A stretch of DNA of 64,000 nucleotides, from assembly GCA_030390025.1 (NCBI GenBank), contig CM059433.1, positions 744,001 to 808,000 on the forward strand, in the 5' to 3' direction. Below the pieces are notes generated by a model. That model saw nothing but the letters and a program-made list of their open reading frames with translations, had not been told where the DNA came from and made no database searches. Both the position numbers and the translations under genes were made by a program. Shown in pieces: positions 13,121 through 26,535 of the stretch. How positions within the stretch are numbered: the first letter of the stretch is position 1; the number at the start of each line of letters is the position of its first letter. The stretch is from Squalus acanthias (Eukaryota).

Positions 13121-13920
13121 ATGTCAATAATAATGGTTTATGCTACGGTGCATAAAATGCCATTTTAGGACTGCTTCCAACTGTGGAGGGCAAGACTCCT
13201 TGCAAATTTTTTTTAAGAGGAGAGAGTCTTTAAGAAAACATTCACATTGTGGCATAACCCCATACTGCCTCCAAGTAACTTTGGGAGTACTAGCAGTTTC
13301 TAATGTGTTGCAGCCAGAAAAATATTAAATATTGTCCATGTTATGTTATAATTACTAGTTCCCATCCTCTCTAAGGTGTCACATCATTTCTTCAAAACCC
13401 CCATCAATGGGGATGCAAATGTGACGGTTTATACGCACATCGCTGAATAGATGCTGGCACCACTTGATAAGGTTCTTACTCTGTTTAATAAGGACGCAAA
13501 CTGACCTTTCCAACCCAATTCTACCCTTTGTCTTGCTCGTATTCCAGCCAATTAGTCTTAAAATACTGAAATCAATTTAGTCAAATAGTATGAAGTTCTA
13601 CTACGGCAATTAGTCATCATTTTTATATTTATACACTCATTATAAATACAGAGTTTGAACTGGATTCGTATGGGGTCTTCTTAGAAGGCAGATATAATGA
13701 ATAAAGTATTTGGCGAAGATTTCACCTTTGGTGGTTTATTTATTGTCACTGCCTGAGAATTGGAAACTGATCTCTTTGAAGCACCACCGCAAAATACTTG
13801 TGAATTCTAGATTAATTTCATAAATTCAAGGTCAATAAGCCAATCAAAACTGCATATAATACTCAGACATAAATCATGAGTAAGAGGACCAGATTATTGC
13901 ATTCAAATTTAAAGAACTTT

Positions 13921-14671
13921 GGGGGAAAAATAGGGTGGTGCCCATTTTGGGGTAACATCGCTAATTTTTGCGCCCCGAAAAAGTTAGTGCCCCTCCCCCG
14001 TAAATTCAGTAGTAGCGCCCCATGAAGGAGGCGGGATGCTACTGGAAGCACGACTGGAAGCGCTCCACCTCCTTCTTGGGGCGCTGCTACTCAATGTTGC
14101 AGCGCTACGTGCAACAGCACCACGCACAGCGGCACGTAGCGCTGCGTCATTGCAGGCCGCCTCCCCTGATTAAAGGGGAGGGGCCTAGCGCTGCACGTAC
14201 CGGGGCTCCGCTGGACCACCGGGGAGCGGGGTGCCGTGGAAACAGCCCGGCCCTCAAGAGGAGGGCCGGGCTGAGCGATCGCGGCCGGCACCCCGCATAG
14301 AAATGTTAAAGGTGGGCAGGTGCTGGCAGTCGGCCAAAATTAAAATGGCCGCCCGACACCTGCCCTTTAAGTAGCGCCGCCGCCCGCTACCATCACTGCA
14401 AAACCGCCCCCTGATCCTGTCGGTCCCATCGTCCGCCGATAGGTCAGGGGGCGCAAGGGAAGTTTGCGGCTGCGGCGCAAATGGGGCGCTGCGCATGCCG
14501 ATGATGTCATCATCACCGGCGCAGTGGAGTGGGGTGCTACCGGCTACCTCTGCCGCTAACTTCATGCTGAATTTCGCGGGAGGCGTTAGCGACACCGTGC
14601 CCGGGTGCTAGGGGATTTGCGCCCCGTTAAGGTCGCTAACGAGAGGCACAAAGCAACCCAATTTCTCCCCC
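13921..14671. mobile_element. Non-autonomous Harbinger MITE
   Basis: TIRs gggggaaaaat / atttctccccc, TTT on both flanks, GC-rich with tagcgcc-type motifs. Confidence 0.85.
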
Positions 14672-15501
14672 TTTACATATAAACAGAAAAGATTGCAAAG
14701 AAATAGTTAACAGCAAATGGAGATGGTTGGTATTTCATTCCTTTATGATTTTTTTAATATATAGACGGGGCCCAGTGAAATGGTCTTCAAATGTTCTTGT
14801 GGACTGACAAATGGGAAATAAACTACAAAACATTAGCCAGTGAGTCTGCACTTTGTAGACCCGATACGTAAAACCTTTTTCTGTCGTGCCTTAACTCTTC
14901 TTAAATGAAAAAAAAATGAGAAGTCGCACAACACCAGGTTATAGTCCAACAGATTTATTTAAAATTACAAGCTTTCGGAGCTTGTTAAATGAGGCTGAGC
15001 TGCCAGTGGTGCAAAGCATTACAGCCAATCAATACCATCAAAGACCCAGACGCTCATATCCTGAGCTCGTAAAAGGCTTGTCCGTGTGATGGACAAGACC
15101 CAAATTAAAAAGTTAGCTTCTCAGTGGAGGACATGCTCTAGCGTTTTATTAGAACCTCTGAATATAGACCCTATAAATTGCTCACAAAAGCAGATTGCAG
15201 CTTTAAGGTCTGATGCTAAACAAATTATCTTCAGATGTGAAGTCTAGCACCAGATGGGGTGTGCAGGAGTCAGGATTATTGGAATGCTCGGCAGCGACAA
15301 TATGAGCCTTTTTTATGATTGAAGTTAGACCACTAGACAAGGAAAATGTCACCGCCCTACATTTCCTAGTGTGCAAATAAATGCTGAGAGCTTTTGAGGC
15401 TACCTGGTCTACTTTTCTATTCTGGGGGGATATGTGAAAATGCTGCTCTTTGCTCCAATCAGAATTGTTAGCATATAGAACAAATAATGGTTCAGTAGCA
15501 T

Positions 15502-16032
15502 TGTGAGCTGAACCCCAGAGGGCCAGGGCACGTGTTCACTGTGAGCGGAACCCCAGAGGGCTGGGGCATGTGTTCACTGTGAGCTGAACCCCAGAGGGCT
15601 GGGGCACGTGTTCACTGTGAGCGGAACCCCAGAGGGCCAGGGCACGTGTTCACTGTGAGCGGAACCCCAGAGGGCCAGGGCACGTGTTCACTGTGAGCTG
15701 AACCCCAGAGGGCCAGGGCACGTGTTCACTGTGAGCGGAACCCCAGAGGGCTAGGGCACGTGTTCACTGTGAGCGGAACCCCAGAGGGCCAGGGCACGTG
15801 TTCACTGTGAGCGGAACCCCAGAGGGCCAGGGCACGTGTTCACTGTGAGCTGAACCCCAGAGGGCCAGGGCACGTGTTCACTGTGAGCGGAACCCCAGAG
15901 GGCTAGGGCACGTGTTCACTGTGAGCGGAACCCCAGAGGGCCAGGGCACGTGTTCACTGTGAGCGGAACCCCAGAGGGCCAGGGCACGTGTTCACTGTGA
16001 GCGGAACCCCAGAGGGCTGGGGCATGTGTTCA
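15502..16032 (+). repeat. 38-bp minisatellite, ~14 copies (ctgtgagcggaaccccagagggccagggcacgtgttca)
   Basis: Direct inspection. Confidence 0.97.
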
Positions 16033-17011
16033 TCTTCACGATTCTTCACTCAGAGATTTTCCAGTATCTCCTTGGGCATTAAAGGAATGTGGCGAGTGAA
16101 GTCTAAGCAGGGAGTTTCAAGGAGCCGGCACAGGCACGATGGGCTGAATAGCCTCCTTCTGTGCTGCAAGATTCTATGAATCTAGTCACCAATTTCTCTG
16201 ATTCAGAAGCTGGAATGCACCCTTGGTATACCAGGAACCAATTATGTCCTATTTAGACAGTAGGTGAGACTGAAGAGCAATAATTCACCTCGTGATTTTC
16301 TTTTTCTCTTTGTGGGAAAATTCCTAGCTTCTGTTCATCACTTCTCTGTGACAGCAGGCCCAAGACTGAAAACTAACATCTGTGGAATGCACTACTACAT
16401 ACTCATATTATGCTACTCGATGGGCCAGTTCCTTGGGAGAACCAGCAAATTACACCTCTGTGTTTTAGAATGTTCTTCCTTGCTATGTCTTCCATCAGCG
16501 TTTACTACTTTGTTTCACATTTCCTTCTCTCTCTGCCCTTTTCTCTTTTAGACTGTATCTTTCTCTTATACCCCTCTCTCTCCTCCTGCCCTTTCTTTTT
16601 CCTTTTCTTAACTCCTGCATTTCTGTCATTATCTCTTTCCCTGTTTCCTTCTGCCTTTCCTCTGTGCCTGTTGGTTCACTTATCACTCCTACAAAGTATA
16701 ACGGTAAGAAGAGTGATGGTTTCTGATCTCTGGTACTGAGGTGGTGGTGGCAGAGGGAGTGGGGCTGGTGGTGGGGGGTATGGAGTGGGGGAGAGGGAGG
16801 GGTTAAAGGAGTCCTGATGGTAGTGTCTAATTTTTGGCAATGTGGTGGGTGGGTAATAGTGTTCTCACTGTAGTGGTAAAATGTATGATCCTTGATTTAA
16901 CATTGGGATGGTTGGCACTTCATAGCCCACAGTGCAATCGTATATTGTGTAGGATGTGATTAAAGATGATGGTGGTACTAGCTACTGGGATGAAGAAGCA
17001 CTGTGAACCAT

Positions 17012-17315
17012 TAAGAACATAGGAACAAGAGTAGGCCTTTCAACCCTAGAGCCTGTCCCGCCATTCAATTAGATCATGGCTGATCTGTATCTTAACTCCA
17101 TCTATCCGCCTTGGTTCCATCACTCTTAATACCCTTGCCTAACAAAAATCTATCAAGCTCAGTTTTGAAATTTTCAATTGACCCCTAGCCACAACAGCTT
17201 TTTGGGGGAGAGAGTTCCAGATTTCCACAAACCTTTATTCTGGACTCTCCCACCAGAGGAAATAGTTTCTCTCTATCTACCCTATCAATTCCTTTAATCA
17301 TCTTAAACAGCTCAT
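17012..17315 (-). mobile_element. CR1 3'-end fragment
   Basis: taagaacataggaacaagagtaggcc 3' UTR and terminal ORF2 remnant. Confidence 0.8.
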
Positions 17316-18188
17316 TGGCATATGATGCCATCAATGAGTTCATATGAAATTTCTCTGCTATTTTAACAAAGGTTTTTAATCATTTAAAATAATTGGGTTA
17401 ACACTTAAAAAAAAATACAGACAAAAGAACTTCACACAAGCTACTAACGCACTTGTATACTACGAGCACAACACAATTTCTGCTGTCAAGTTTGGGTTCT
17501 GGTTAAGAATACTTCAAGACCAAATTCAAATGTCAAGGCAAGATTCAATTCTGGTAACGACTTTGCTGTGATATTTCTTTTAGTGTATAGAAATATAGTC
17601 ATACAGCTGGCAGTAGAACTTGAGACATTAGGTGCTTTTTCATGGGCACATTACAGTACTTTATGGTCTTCAAACATAAATGATTTAATGAGGTTGGAGT
17701 TTAAAGAAAAGGGTAGCAGATAACGAGCTTTATTTTATGTTGGCTAGTGGAAGTACAAAAGATGTAAAATCAAGCCCGTAAATATTCAGAATTTTAAATA
17801 ACCTTACGATACCTACCAACAAAAAAATTCCCATTGACTGTATTCATTTTTTCAATTTTAATCAAAATTAAACTCAGAAGTAATGGAACTACTGGTTGCT
17901 TTTAATCAGAAGTAGCAAAAAGAATAGCACTGTAAGTTGGGTTTTAATTAAACACATTTATGGTGCTAATGGATGTTTCTCATTAAAAGGAAATTAGTCA
18001 TAAAACACATTGGTGCTTGACATAAAAAAGTTGCCTCCAAACTTGTTTAATGTGGCAACAAGCCACCTTCAATCAACACACTGAAGTGCAAAGCAAATTT
18101 ATTTTTTGCATTAGCTTATTACTGGATCTACAAAAATATGTAAGATGAAAATATAGATTTTAACATGATGCAACTGGACCAAATCAAT

Positions 18189-18880
18189 GGCCCTGAAATT
18201 GTGGTTGGCAGCGTAGCTATGGAGTAGGCCGTCGACCTCTGAACGAAATCCGCACTTACCTGGTGCGAGACCTCAAACGACAACTTGTATTGTTTTGCTG
18301 CGGAGTTGTGGGCAGCGTAGTGGCCCACGGATCCCAGGGGCGCACCGTTGTGGGATCCCGTGGGGCAGTGCTCCTTTCACTAGCCAATCTGGAAACAGAA
18401 ATCTCTGATGCCCGACATCAATCAAATTTTAAATTAAACGGTGTGAATATTTATTTGACAAGCGCAGTACTTGGCTTTAAAAAGCACAGGGAATACTTTG
18501 AAGTAAGTACAGTTATTTACTGGAAAACTCTGCCAGATTAAAAAAAAGATTAAAACATCTCATCCCTCAAACCGAGCCTTTACAGCTGCATGGTAGGTTG
18601 ATACATGGCACTTTTACGTGTTCGTTTTTAATTATTATACATTTTTCTCATTCCACCTCCCCAGCCGTAAAATTTTCCAGCGTAATTGTTGCGCAGTTTG
18701 TGGGCAATTAGCCCAACTTCTTGTCAGCAATGAGGATTTGACAGTCGCAGTGGATGATCTGTCTAGTCGGAACTTGACAGATCACAAGTTCGGGATTTAA
18801 CGCATGCATCCCGAACTCGCAGTCAATTTCAAAGGCGGTATGAGAGAGTACGCTGTCATACCGACTGCAAATTCTGCCCC
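18189..18880. mobile_element. Harbinger-type MITE
   Basis: Ends ggccctgaaattg / caaattctgcccc; shares internal motifs with 6196-6467. Confidence 0.7.
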
Positions 18881-18944
18881 ATTAATCAATGAATGCATTA
18901 AGAAGCTTGTGTTATTATCTATTGTTCATATTGTGGACTAAATT

Positions 18945-21430
18945 ATGGGGGATTTCAACTACCCCGATATTAATTGGCCAGAAGAGGTAGGTAAAGGGGA
19001 TAAGCGAATGGAGTTCCTACAATGTGTACAGGACTCCTTTCTAACCCAATATGTAAAAGCCCAACAAGGGAGGATTCGCTATTGGATCTAGTTATGGGGA
19101 ATGAGCCAGAGCAGATAAGAGAAGTAAAAGTAGGGGAACAGAAAGGCAATAGTGACCATAATATAATATGCTTTAAGATGATAATAGAGAAGGACATAAG
19201 TATAACAAAAACCAGGTTAATAGATTGGAGAAAAGCTGATTTTGAGGGGCTGAGAATAGAACTTGGGAAGATAAAATGGGCAACAATATTGGCAAACAAC
19301 GATGTAGAATGACAATGGAAAACATTTAAAACGGTGTTCAACAGAGTGTAGGAAAAATATATTCTGCTAAAGAGAAAGAACAAATTAAACACTAATGAGA
19401 CTCCATGGATGAATAAAGACATAAGGGAACAATTGAGGGTCAGGAAAGAGGCATACATTAAATACATAGACAGCAGAGGAGTGCATGATAAGAGAGAATA
19501 CAAAGGGATTAGGAGAGAAGTCAAAAAAAATTAGGAAGGCAAAAAGGAACTATGAAATTAAATTATCAAGGAACATAAAACAAAATAGTAAAATATTTTA
19601 CAGGCACATCAATAAAAAAAGGAAGGTTGGGATGGGATAGACAGGGACATTAAGGGATAGACAGGACAATACCACAGGTAACGATAGGGAGATGGCAGAA
19701 ATATTAAATCATTATTTCGCTTTAGTATTTACCAGGGAGATAGAACAGGTGGACATGACATTGGATGATGAGATGAGTAATGAGATAAGTGCATTTAAAA
19801 TAAAAAAGGGGATATTTTAAATAAATTAATCAAACTCAAAGAGGATAAAACCCCTGGTCCAGATGGATTGCATCCACGCATTTTAAAAGAATCTAGGGAA
19901 GAGATAGCAGAGGCAATAATTCATTCAAAAAAGATGTAGTGCCACAGGACTGGCGGATAGCTAACATAATACCTATATTTAAGAATGGGGATAGAACATG
20001 TACAGGGAATTATAGACCAGTCAGCTTAACATCGGTGGTGGGAAAAATAATGGAATCCCTACTAATGGAGAGAATAGAAGAACATCTAGAAATGAAAAGT
20101 ATAATAATGAATAGTCAGCATGGATTTCAAAAGGGAAAATCTTGCTTGACCAACCTTATTGAATTTTTTGAAGAGGTAACAGAGAGAGTAGACAATGGTA
20201 ATGCAGTAGATGTAATTTATCTAGATTTTCAAAAGGCCTTCAATAAGGTACCACATAATAGACTAATGAATAATGTCAGAAAATGCGGAGTCAGGGGACA
20301 AGTAGCAGAATGGATTGCTAGCTGGCTTCAAGACAGAAAGCAGAGAGTGGGAGTAAAGGATAGCTATTCACAGTGGCAGAAGGTGGGTAGTGGTGTTCCA
20401 CAAGGATCAGTGCTGGGACCACTGCTGTTCAGAATTTACATTAACGATTTAGACTTTGGAATCAAAAACACAATTTCTAAATTTACGGATGATACCAAAT
20501 TGGTGGGGGGGGGATAGTCAATATTGAGGAGGACTGCAACAAATTATAGGAGGACATTAATAAACTTGCAGAATGGGCAAATAATTGGCAAATGAAGTTC
20601 AACACAGATAAATGTGAGTTATTATATTTTGGTAGGAAGAATAGGGAGCTCACTTATCACTTTGAGGATTCGAGTCTAGGTGGGGTAGAGGAACAAAGAG
20701 ATCTCGGAGTACAAATACACAAATCACTAAAAGTTGCGCCACAGGTTAGCAAGGCCATAAAAAAAGCAAACCAAGCACTAGGGTTTATTTCTAGAGGGAT
20801 AGAATTGAAAAGTAGAGAAGTTATGCTAAACCTGTATCGAACCTTGGTTAGACCACACTTAGAGTACTGCGTACAGTTCTGGTCGCCATATTATAAAAAG
20901 GATATAGAGGCAATGGAGAGGGCGCAGAGCAGATTTCTAAGGATGATACCAGAAATGTGAGGGTATACATATCAGGAAAGGATGAACAGGCTGAGTCTCT
21001 TTTCTCTTGAAGAAAGAAGGATGAGGGGTGACCTAATAGAGGTCTTTAAAATTATGAAAGGTTTTGATAGAGTGGATACAGAGAGAATGTTGCCACTTGT
21101 GGGGAAGAGCATAACTAGAGGCCATCAATATAAGATAGTCACCAAGAAATCCAATAGGGAATTCAGAGGAAACTTCTTCACCCAAAGAGTGGTGAGAATG
21201 TGGAACTCACTACCACAGGGAGTGGTTGAAGCGAATAGTATAGATGCATTTAAGGGGAGGCTGGACAAGCATATGAGGGAGAAAGGAATAGAAGGTTACG
21301 CTGATAGATTTAGATGAGGAAAGACGGGAGGAGGCTCGAGTGGAGCATAAACGCCGGCATGGACTGGTTGGGCCGAATGGCCTGTTTCTGTGCTGTATAT
21401 CCCGTGTAATCCGATGTAATCCTGTGTAAT
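18945..21430 (+). mobile_element. 5'-truncated CR1 LINE, ORF2 broken by stops and frameshifts
   Basis: [35 protein letters not shown] and FTDD; 3' tail (tgtaatcc)n. Confidence 0.95.
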
Positions 21431-21892
21431 ATGCAGGTTTGACACAAAAGGGCAGATTTTGACAGAATACATCAGCAACACTGTTTGATGATTTTATTAC
21501 AGTTTGGTTTAGGACAGTTTTAAAGAGCAATTTTCTGTTAATATAATTTGTCCTTATGAAAATGAAAAATGTTGACGTATTTGAAAATGATGGCCATTGT
21601 TTCCACTGCAGAACACAGCAACAATGGCACAGAAATCGAACATTTTTAAATTGTTTCTGTAAATGGATAATGACATAATACTTTGAGTGCTGTAACTGTG
21701 GTTATGTGGGCAAACACGGAGCAATGTTCCACATTCAGCAATGAGACGAATGACCCATTTTTAGGTGGAGTTGGTTGAGAAAGGAAAAACCTTCTGCTCT
21801 TCTTTGAATGATGCCGGGGATCTCCAACATCTACAGGCAGGCGGGACCTCTACTTAATGTCTCATCCAAGGGTTACTACCTCTGACATGGCT

Positions 21893-22205
21893 CTGGTAGC
21901 CGAGTGGTTATGTTGCTGGACTAATACCTCAGAGGTCCAGAGCTCACAATCCCACCATGGCAAGTTATGAAATCAAATTCAAAACTGAATCAAAAACTGG
22001 TAATTTGTGTATTAGAGCCAGAAAATGACCAGGAAAGCTACTGGCTTGCTGTAAAAGCCCAACTGGCCCACTATTAATGGGAGCCTGCCACCCATACCTG
22101 GTCTAGTCTATATGTGACTCTGGTTCCACACTATGGCTGACTTTTAATGCACTCAGTGTAACCAGAATACTGCCTTGCCAATGATACCCATATCCTGTAA
22201 ACATT
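21893..22205 (+). mobile_element. Degenerate tRNA-headed SINE
   Basis: Box-A-like tagccgagtgg head; 3' end ccttgccaatgatacccatatcc resembles the 3' end of the LINE at 60276-62190. Confidence 0.55.
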
Positions 22206-22328
22206 ATTAAAATTGCATTCAGTGATGTACGACTTACATAGAAACATAGAAGATAGGAGCAGGAGTAGGCCATTCGGCCCCTCGAGCCTGCTCCGCCATT
22301 TGATGAGATCATGGCTGATCATCCAAAC

Positions 22329-25193
22329 TCAGTACCCTGTACCTGCCTTCTCCCCATATCCCTTGATACCTTTAGCTTTAAGAAATATATCTAACTCATT
22401 CTTGAATATATTTAATGACTTGGCCTCAACTACCTTCTGTGGTAGAGAATTCCACAGGTTCACCACTCTCTGGGTGAAGAAATTCTTCCTCATTTCTGTC
22501 CTAAATGGCTTACCCGTCGTTATCCTTAGATTATGACCCCTGGTTCTGGACTCTCCGACCATCGGGAACATTCTTCCTGCATCTAGTTTGTCCAGACCTG
22601 TCAGAATTTTATATGTTTCGATGAGATCCCCTCTCATTCTTCTATACTCCAGCGAGTATAAGCCCAATCGACCCAATCTCTCCTCATATGTCATTCCTGC
22701 CATCCCAGGTATCAGCCTTGTGAATCTTCGCTGAACTCCTTCCATGGCAAGAACATCCTTCCTCAGATAAGGCGACCAAAACTGCACACAGTACTCAAGG
22801 TGTGGTCTCACCAAGGCCCTGTACAACTGCAGCAGGACATCCCTGTTCCTATACTCAAACCCTTTCGCTATGAAGGCCAACATACCATTTGCCTTCTTCA
22901 CCGCCTGCTGCACCTGCATGCTTACTTTCAGCGACTGGTGCACAAGGACACCCAGGTCTCGTTGCACTTCCCCTTTTCCCAATCTATTGCCATTCAGATA
23001 ATAGTCTGCCTTTCGGTTTTTGACACCAAAGTGGATAACCTCGCACTTATCCACGTTATATTGCATCTGCCACGCTTCTGCCCACTCACCCAACCTGTCC
23101 AAATCATCCTGGAGTTTCTCGGTATCCTCCTTGCAGCACACACTCCCACCCAGCTTTGTGTCATCTGCAAACTTGGAGATATTACATTTAGTTCCCTTAT
23201 CTAGATCATTAATGTATATTGTGAATAGCTGGGGTCCAAGGACCGATCCCTGCGGTACCCCAATAGTCACTGCTTGCCACTCGGAAAAAGACCCATTAAT
23301 TCCTACTCTCTGCTTTCTGTCCGCCAACCAGTTCTCTATCCAAGTCAATACCTTTCCCCCAATCCCATGTGCCTTAACTTTACACGCTAATCTCTTATGC
23401 GGGACCTTATCGAAAGCCTTTTGAAAGTCCAAATACACCACATCTACTGGTTCTCCCTTATCTATTTTCCCAGTTACATCCTCAAAAAATTCCAGTAGAT
23501 TAGTCAAGCACGATTTACCTTTTGTAAATCCATGTTGACTTTGTCCGATCCTGTCACTGTTTTTCAAGTGCTCAGCTATTACATCCTTTATAATGGACTC
23601 TAGCATTTTCCCCAATACCGATGTCAGGCTTACCGATCTGTAATTCCCCGCTTTCTCTCTACCACCCTTTTTGAATAGTGGGGTAACATTAGCTACCCTC
23701 CAATCCATGGGTACAGTTCCAGATTCCATCGAATGTTGGAAGATGATCAGCAATGCATCTACTATTTCTAGGGCCACTTCCTTAAGTACCCTAGGATGTA
23801 GATTATCAGGTCCTGGGGATTTATCGGCCTTCAATCCCGTCAATTTCCCTAACACCATTTCCCTGCAAATACTGATTTCTTTCAGTTCCTCCCTTTCATC
23901 AGACCGTATGTTCTCCAACATCTCTGGGAGGTTATTTGTGTCCTCCTTTGTGAAGACAGAACCAAAATATGCATTTAATTGGTCTGCCATTTCTTTGTTC
24001 CCCATTATAACTTCCCCCGCTTCTGACTGCAAGGGACCTACACTTGATTTCACTAATCTTTTTCTCTTCACATATCTATAAAAGCTCTTACAGTCAGTTT
24101 TTATGTTCCCAGCAAGCTTACTTTCATATTCTATTTTCCCCTTCTTAATTAATCCCTTTGTCCTCCTTTGTTGAATCCTAAACTGCTCCCAATCCTCAGG
24201 GCTACCGCTTTTTCTGGCCAATTTATTTGCCCTCTCCTTGGATCTTATGCTATCCCTAATTTCCCTTGTTAGCCACGGTTGAGTCACCCTTTTTGTTTTA
24301 TTCTTATGCCACACTGGGATGAACAAATTCTGTAGTTCATCCATGCAGTCTTTGAATGTTTGCCATTGCCTATCCACCGTCAACCCCTTGAGTGACATTC
24401 CCCAATCAATCCTACCCAATTCGCGCCTCATACCATCGTAGTTTCCTTTATTTAAATTCAGGACCCTAGTCTCTGATTCAACTACTTCATTCTCCATCCT
24501 AATGAAGAATTCTATCATATTATGATCACTCTGACCCAAGGGGCCTCGTACAACAAGATTGCTAATTAATCCTTTCTCGTTACGTAATACCCAGTCTAAG
24601 ATGGCCTGATCTCTGGTTGGTTCCTCGACATATTGTTCCAGAAAACCATCTCGTAAACATTCTAGGAATTCCTCCTCCACAGTATTTTTACTAATTTGGT
24701 TAGCCCAATCTATATGTAAATTAAAGTCACCCATGATGACTGCTGTGCCCTTACTGCATGCTTCTCTAATTTCCCTTTTAATGCTGTCCCCAACCTCCGT
24801 ATTACTGTTTGGAGGTCTATATACCACTCCCACTAACATTTTCTGCCCCTTGTTATTTCTCAGTTCTACCCATACAGATTCCGCATCATCAGAGCTAATA
24901 TCCTTCCTTTCAATTGTGTTAATCCCCTCTTTAACCAGCAATGCTACCCCACCTCCCTTTCTTTTTTGCCTATCTTTCCTAAATATTGAATAACCCTGGA
25001 TGTTGAGTTCCCAGCCTTGGCCACCCTGGAGCCAGGTTTCTGTAATCCCAATCAAATCGTATTCATTTACCTCTATTTGCGCAGCTAATTCATCCACCTT
25101 GTTCCGAATGCTCCTTGCATTAAGACACAAAGCCTTCAGGCTTGTTTTTTTAATGCTCTCAGACCTATATGAATTATTATTTACTGTGACCAT
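22329..25193 (-). CDS. CR1 ORF2: apurinic-like endonuclease plus reverse transcriptase (954 aa, open)
   Basis: LNARS, ITETW, VYRPP, GDFN and SDH (APE); [23 protein letters not shown] and FADD (RT). Confidence 0.96.
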   Translation of the reverse strand: MVTVNNNSYRSESIKKTSLKALCLNARSIRNKVDELAAQIEVNEYDLIGITETWLQGGQGWELNIQGYSIFRKDRQKRKGGGVALLVKEGINTIERKDISSDDAESVWVELRNNKGQKMLVGVVYRPPNSNTEVGDSIKREIREACSKGTAVIMGDFNLHIDWANQISKNTVEEEFLECLRDGFLEQYVEEPTRDQAILDWVLRNEKGLISNLVVRGPLGQSDHNMIEFFIRMENEVVESETRVLNLNKGNYDGMRRELGRIDWGMSLKGLTVDRQWQTFKDCMDELQNLFIPVWHKNKTKRVTQPWLTREIRDSIRSKERANKLARKSGSPEDWEQFRIQQRRTKGLIKKGKIEYESKLAGNIKTDCKSFYRYVKRKRLVKSSVGPLQSEAGEVIMGNKEMADQLNAYFGSVFTKEDTNNLPEMLENIRSDEREELKEISICREMVLGKLTGLKADKSPGPDNLHPRVLKEVALEIVDALLIIFQHSMESGTVPMDWRVANVTPLFKKGGREKAGNYRSVSLTSVLGKMLESIIKDVIAEHLKNSDRIGQSQHGFTKGKSCLTNLLEFFEDVTGKIDKGEPVDVVYLDFQKAFDKVPHKRLACKVKAHGIGGKVLTWIENWLADRKQRVGINGSFSEWQAVTIGVPQGSVLGPQLFTIYINDLDKGTKCNISKFADDTKLGGSVCCKEDTEKLQDDLDRLGEWAEAWQMQYNVDKCEVIHFGVKNRKADYYLNGNRLGKGEVQRDLGVLVHQSLKVSMQVQQAVKKANGMLAFIAKGFEYRNRDVLLQLYRALVRPHLEYCVQFWSPYLRKDVLAMEGVQRRFTRLIPGMAGMTYEERLGRLGLYSLEYRRMRGDLIETYKILTGLDKLDAGRMFPMVGESRTRGHNLRITTGKPFRTEMRKNFFTQRVVNLWNSLPQKVVEAKSLNIFKNELDIFLKAKGIKGYGEKAGTGY

Positions 25194-25315
25194 GTTTGAT
25201 TTAAACCGTTGAGTTCTTTGCCTTCTACTTTTGTTTTTCTCCTTCCTGTCTTTAGCTTTTATCCTTGTTTCCCTTTCCTCTGTCTCCCTGCTCAGGTTCC
25301 CAACCCCCTGCCACT

Positions 25316-26262
25316 TTAGTTTAAACCCTCCCCAACAGCACTAGCAAACACTCCCCCTAGGACATCGGTCCTGGCCCTGCCCAGGTGCAGACCGTCCCGT
25401 TTGTACTGGTCCCACCTCCCCCAGAACCGGTTCCAATGTCCAAGGAATTTGAATCCCTCCCCCTTGCACCATTCCTCTAGCCACGTATTCATTTGAAATA
25501 TCCTCCTATTTCTACTCTGACTAGCACGTGGCACTGGTAGCAATCCTGAGATTACTACCTTTGAGGTCCTATTTTTTAATTTACCTCCTAACTCCCTATA
25601 TTCTGCTTTTAAGACCTCATCCCGTTTTTTACCTATATCGTTGATGCCTATGTGCACCACGACAACTGGCTGTTCGCCCTCCCCCTCCAAAATGTTCTGT
25701 AGCCGCTCCGAGACGTCCTTGACCCTTGCACCAGGGAGGCAACACACCATCCTGGAGTCTCGTTTGCGGCCGCAGAAACGCCTATCTATTCCCCTTACAA
25801 TTGAATCCCCTATCGCTATAGCTCTTCCACATTTTTTCCTCCCAGCCTGTGCAGCAGAGCCACCCATGGTGCCAGGAAGTTGGCTGCTGCCGCCTTCCCC
25901 TGATACGTCATCCCCCCCAACAGCATCCAAAGTGGTATATCTGAGAGGGGGATGGCCACAGGGGACCCCTGCACTACCTGCCTGCACCTCTTTCTCTGCC
26001 TGGTGGTCACCCATTCACTTCCTGCCTGTACACCCTTTACCTGCGGTGTGACCAACTCGCTAAATGTGTTATCCACGACATTCTCAGTGTCGCGAATGCT
26101 CCAATATGCATCCATCCGCAGCTCCAGCGCCGCAATGCGGTCCGTCAGCAGCTGCAGCTGGATACATTTCCCACACACATGGTCGTCAGGGATACAGGAA
26201 GCGTCCCTGATTTCCCACATATAGCAGGAGGAGCATATCACGGCGCCGAGCTCTCCTGCCAT
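25316..26262 (-). pseudogene. CR1 ORF1 (zinc finger/coiled coil plus SGNH esterase), one frameshift near 25942
   Basis: CSSC...CGKC then LQLLTDRIAALELR in one frame; IGDSIVR, CLPGA, HIGIND and DGLH in another frame. Confidence 0.9.
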
Positions 26263-26535
26263 GACTTACCCTTTAATTAATTAATTAAAATTAAACTAAT
26301 TGACTCCCACCAATTTTACTTCAATTAAATGATATACTCAAGGTCCCTTGCTTAACAGCAGTCCCCGCTACACCACAGAGACTCTAGAAACTATAAACCA
26401 CAGAATTTAAGTATGGAAAAAAGGAGAAAAAGAGAAATACTCACCAACCAATCACTTACCTGCTTTCTGGTGACGTCACACTTTGATTATTTTTTATTTC
26501 TCTCTCTCCCGCTCTCGGGGCTCAGATTGGTAAGC

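Noticed and set aside
15502..16032. V(D)J recombination signal array (CACTGTG heptamer in each unit)
   Set aside because: No nonamer at 12 or 23 spacing and no Ig/TCR segments.
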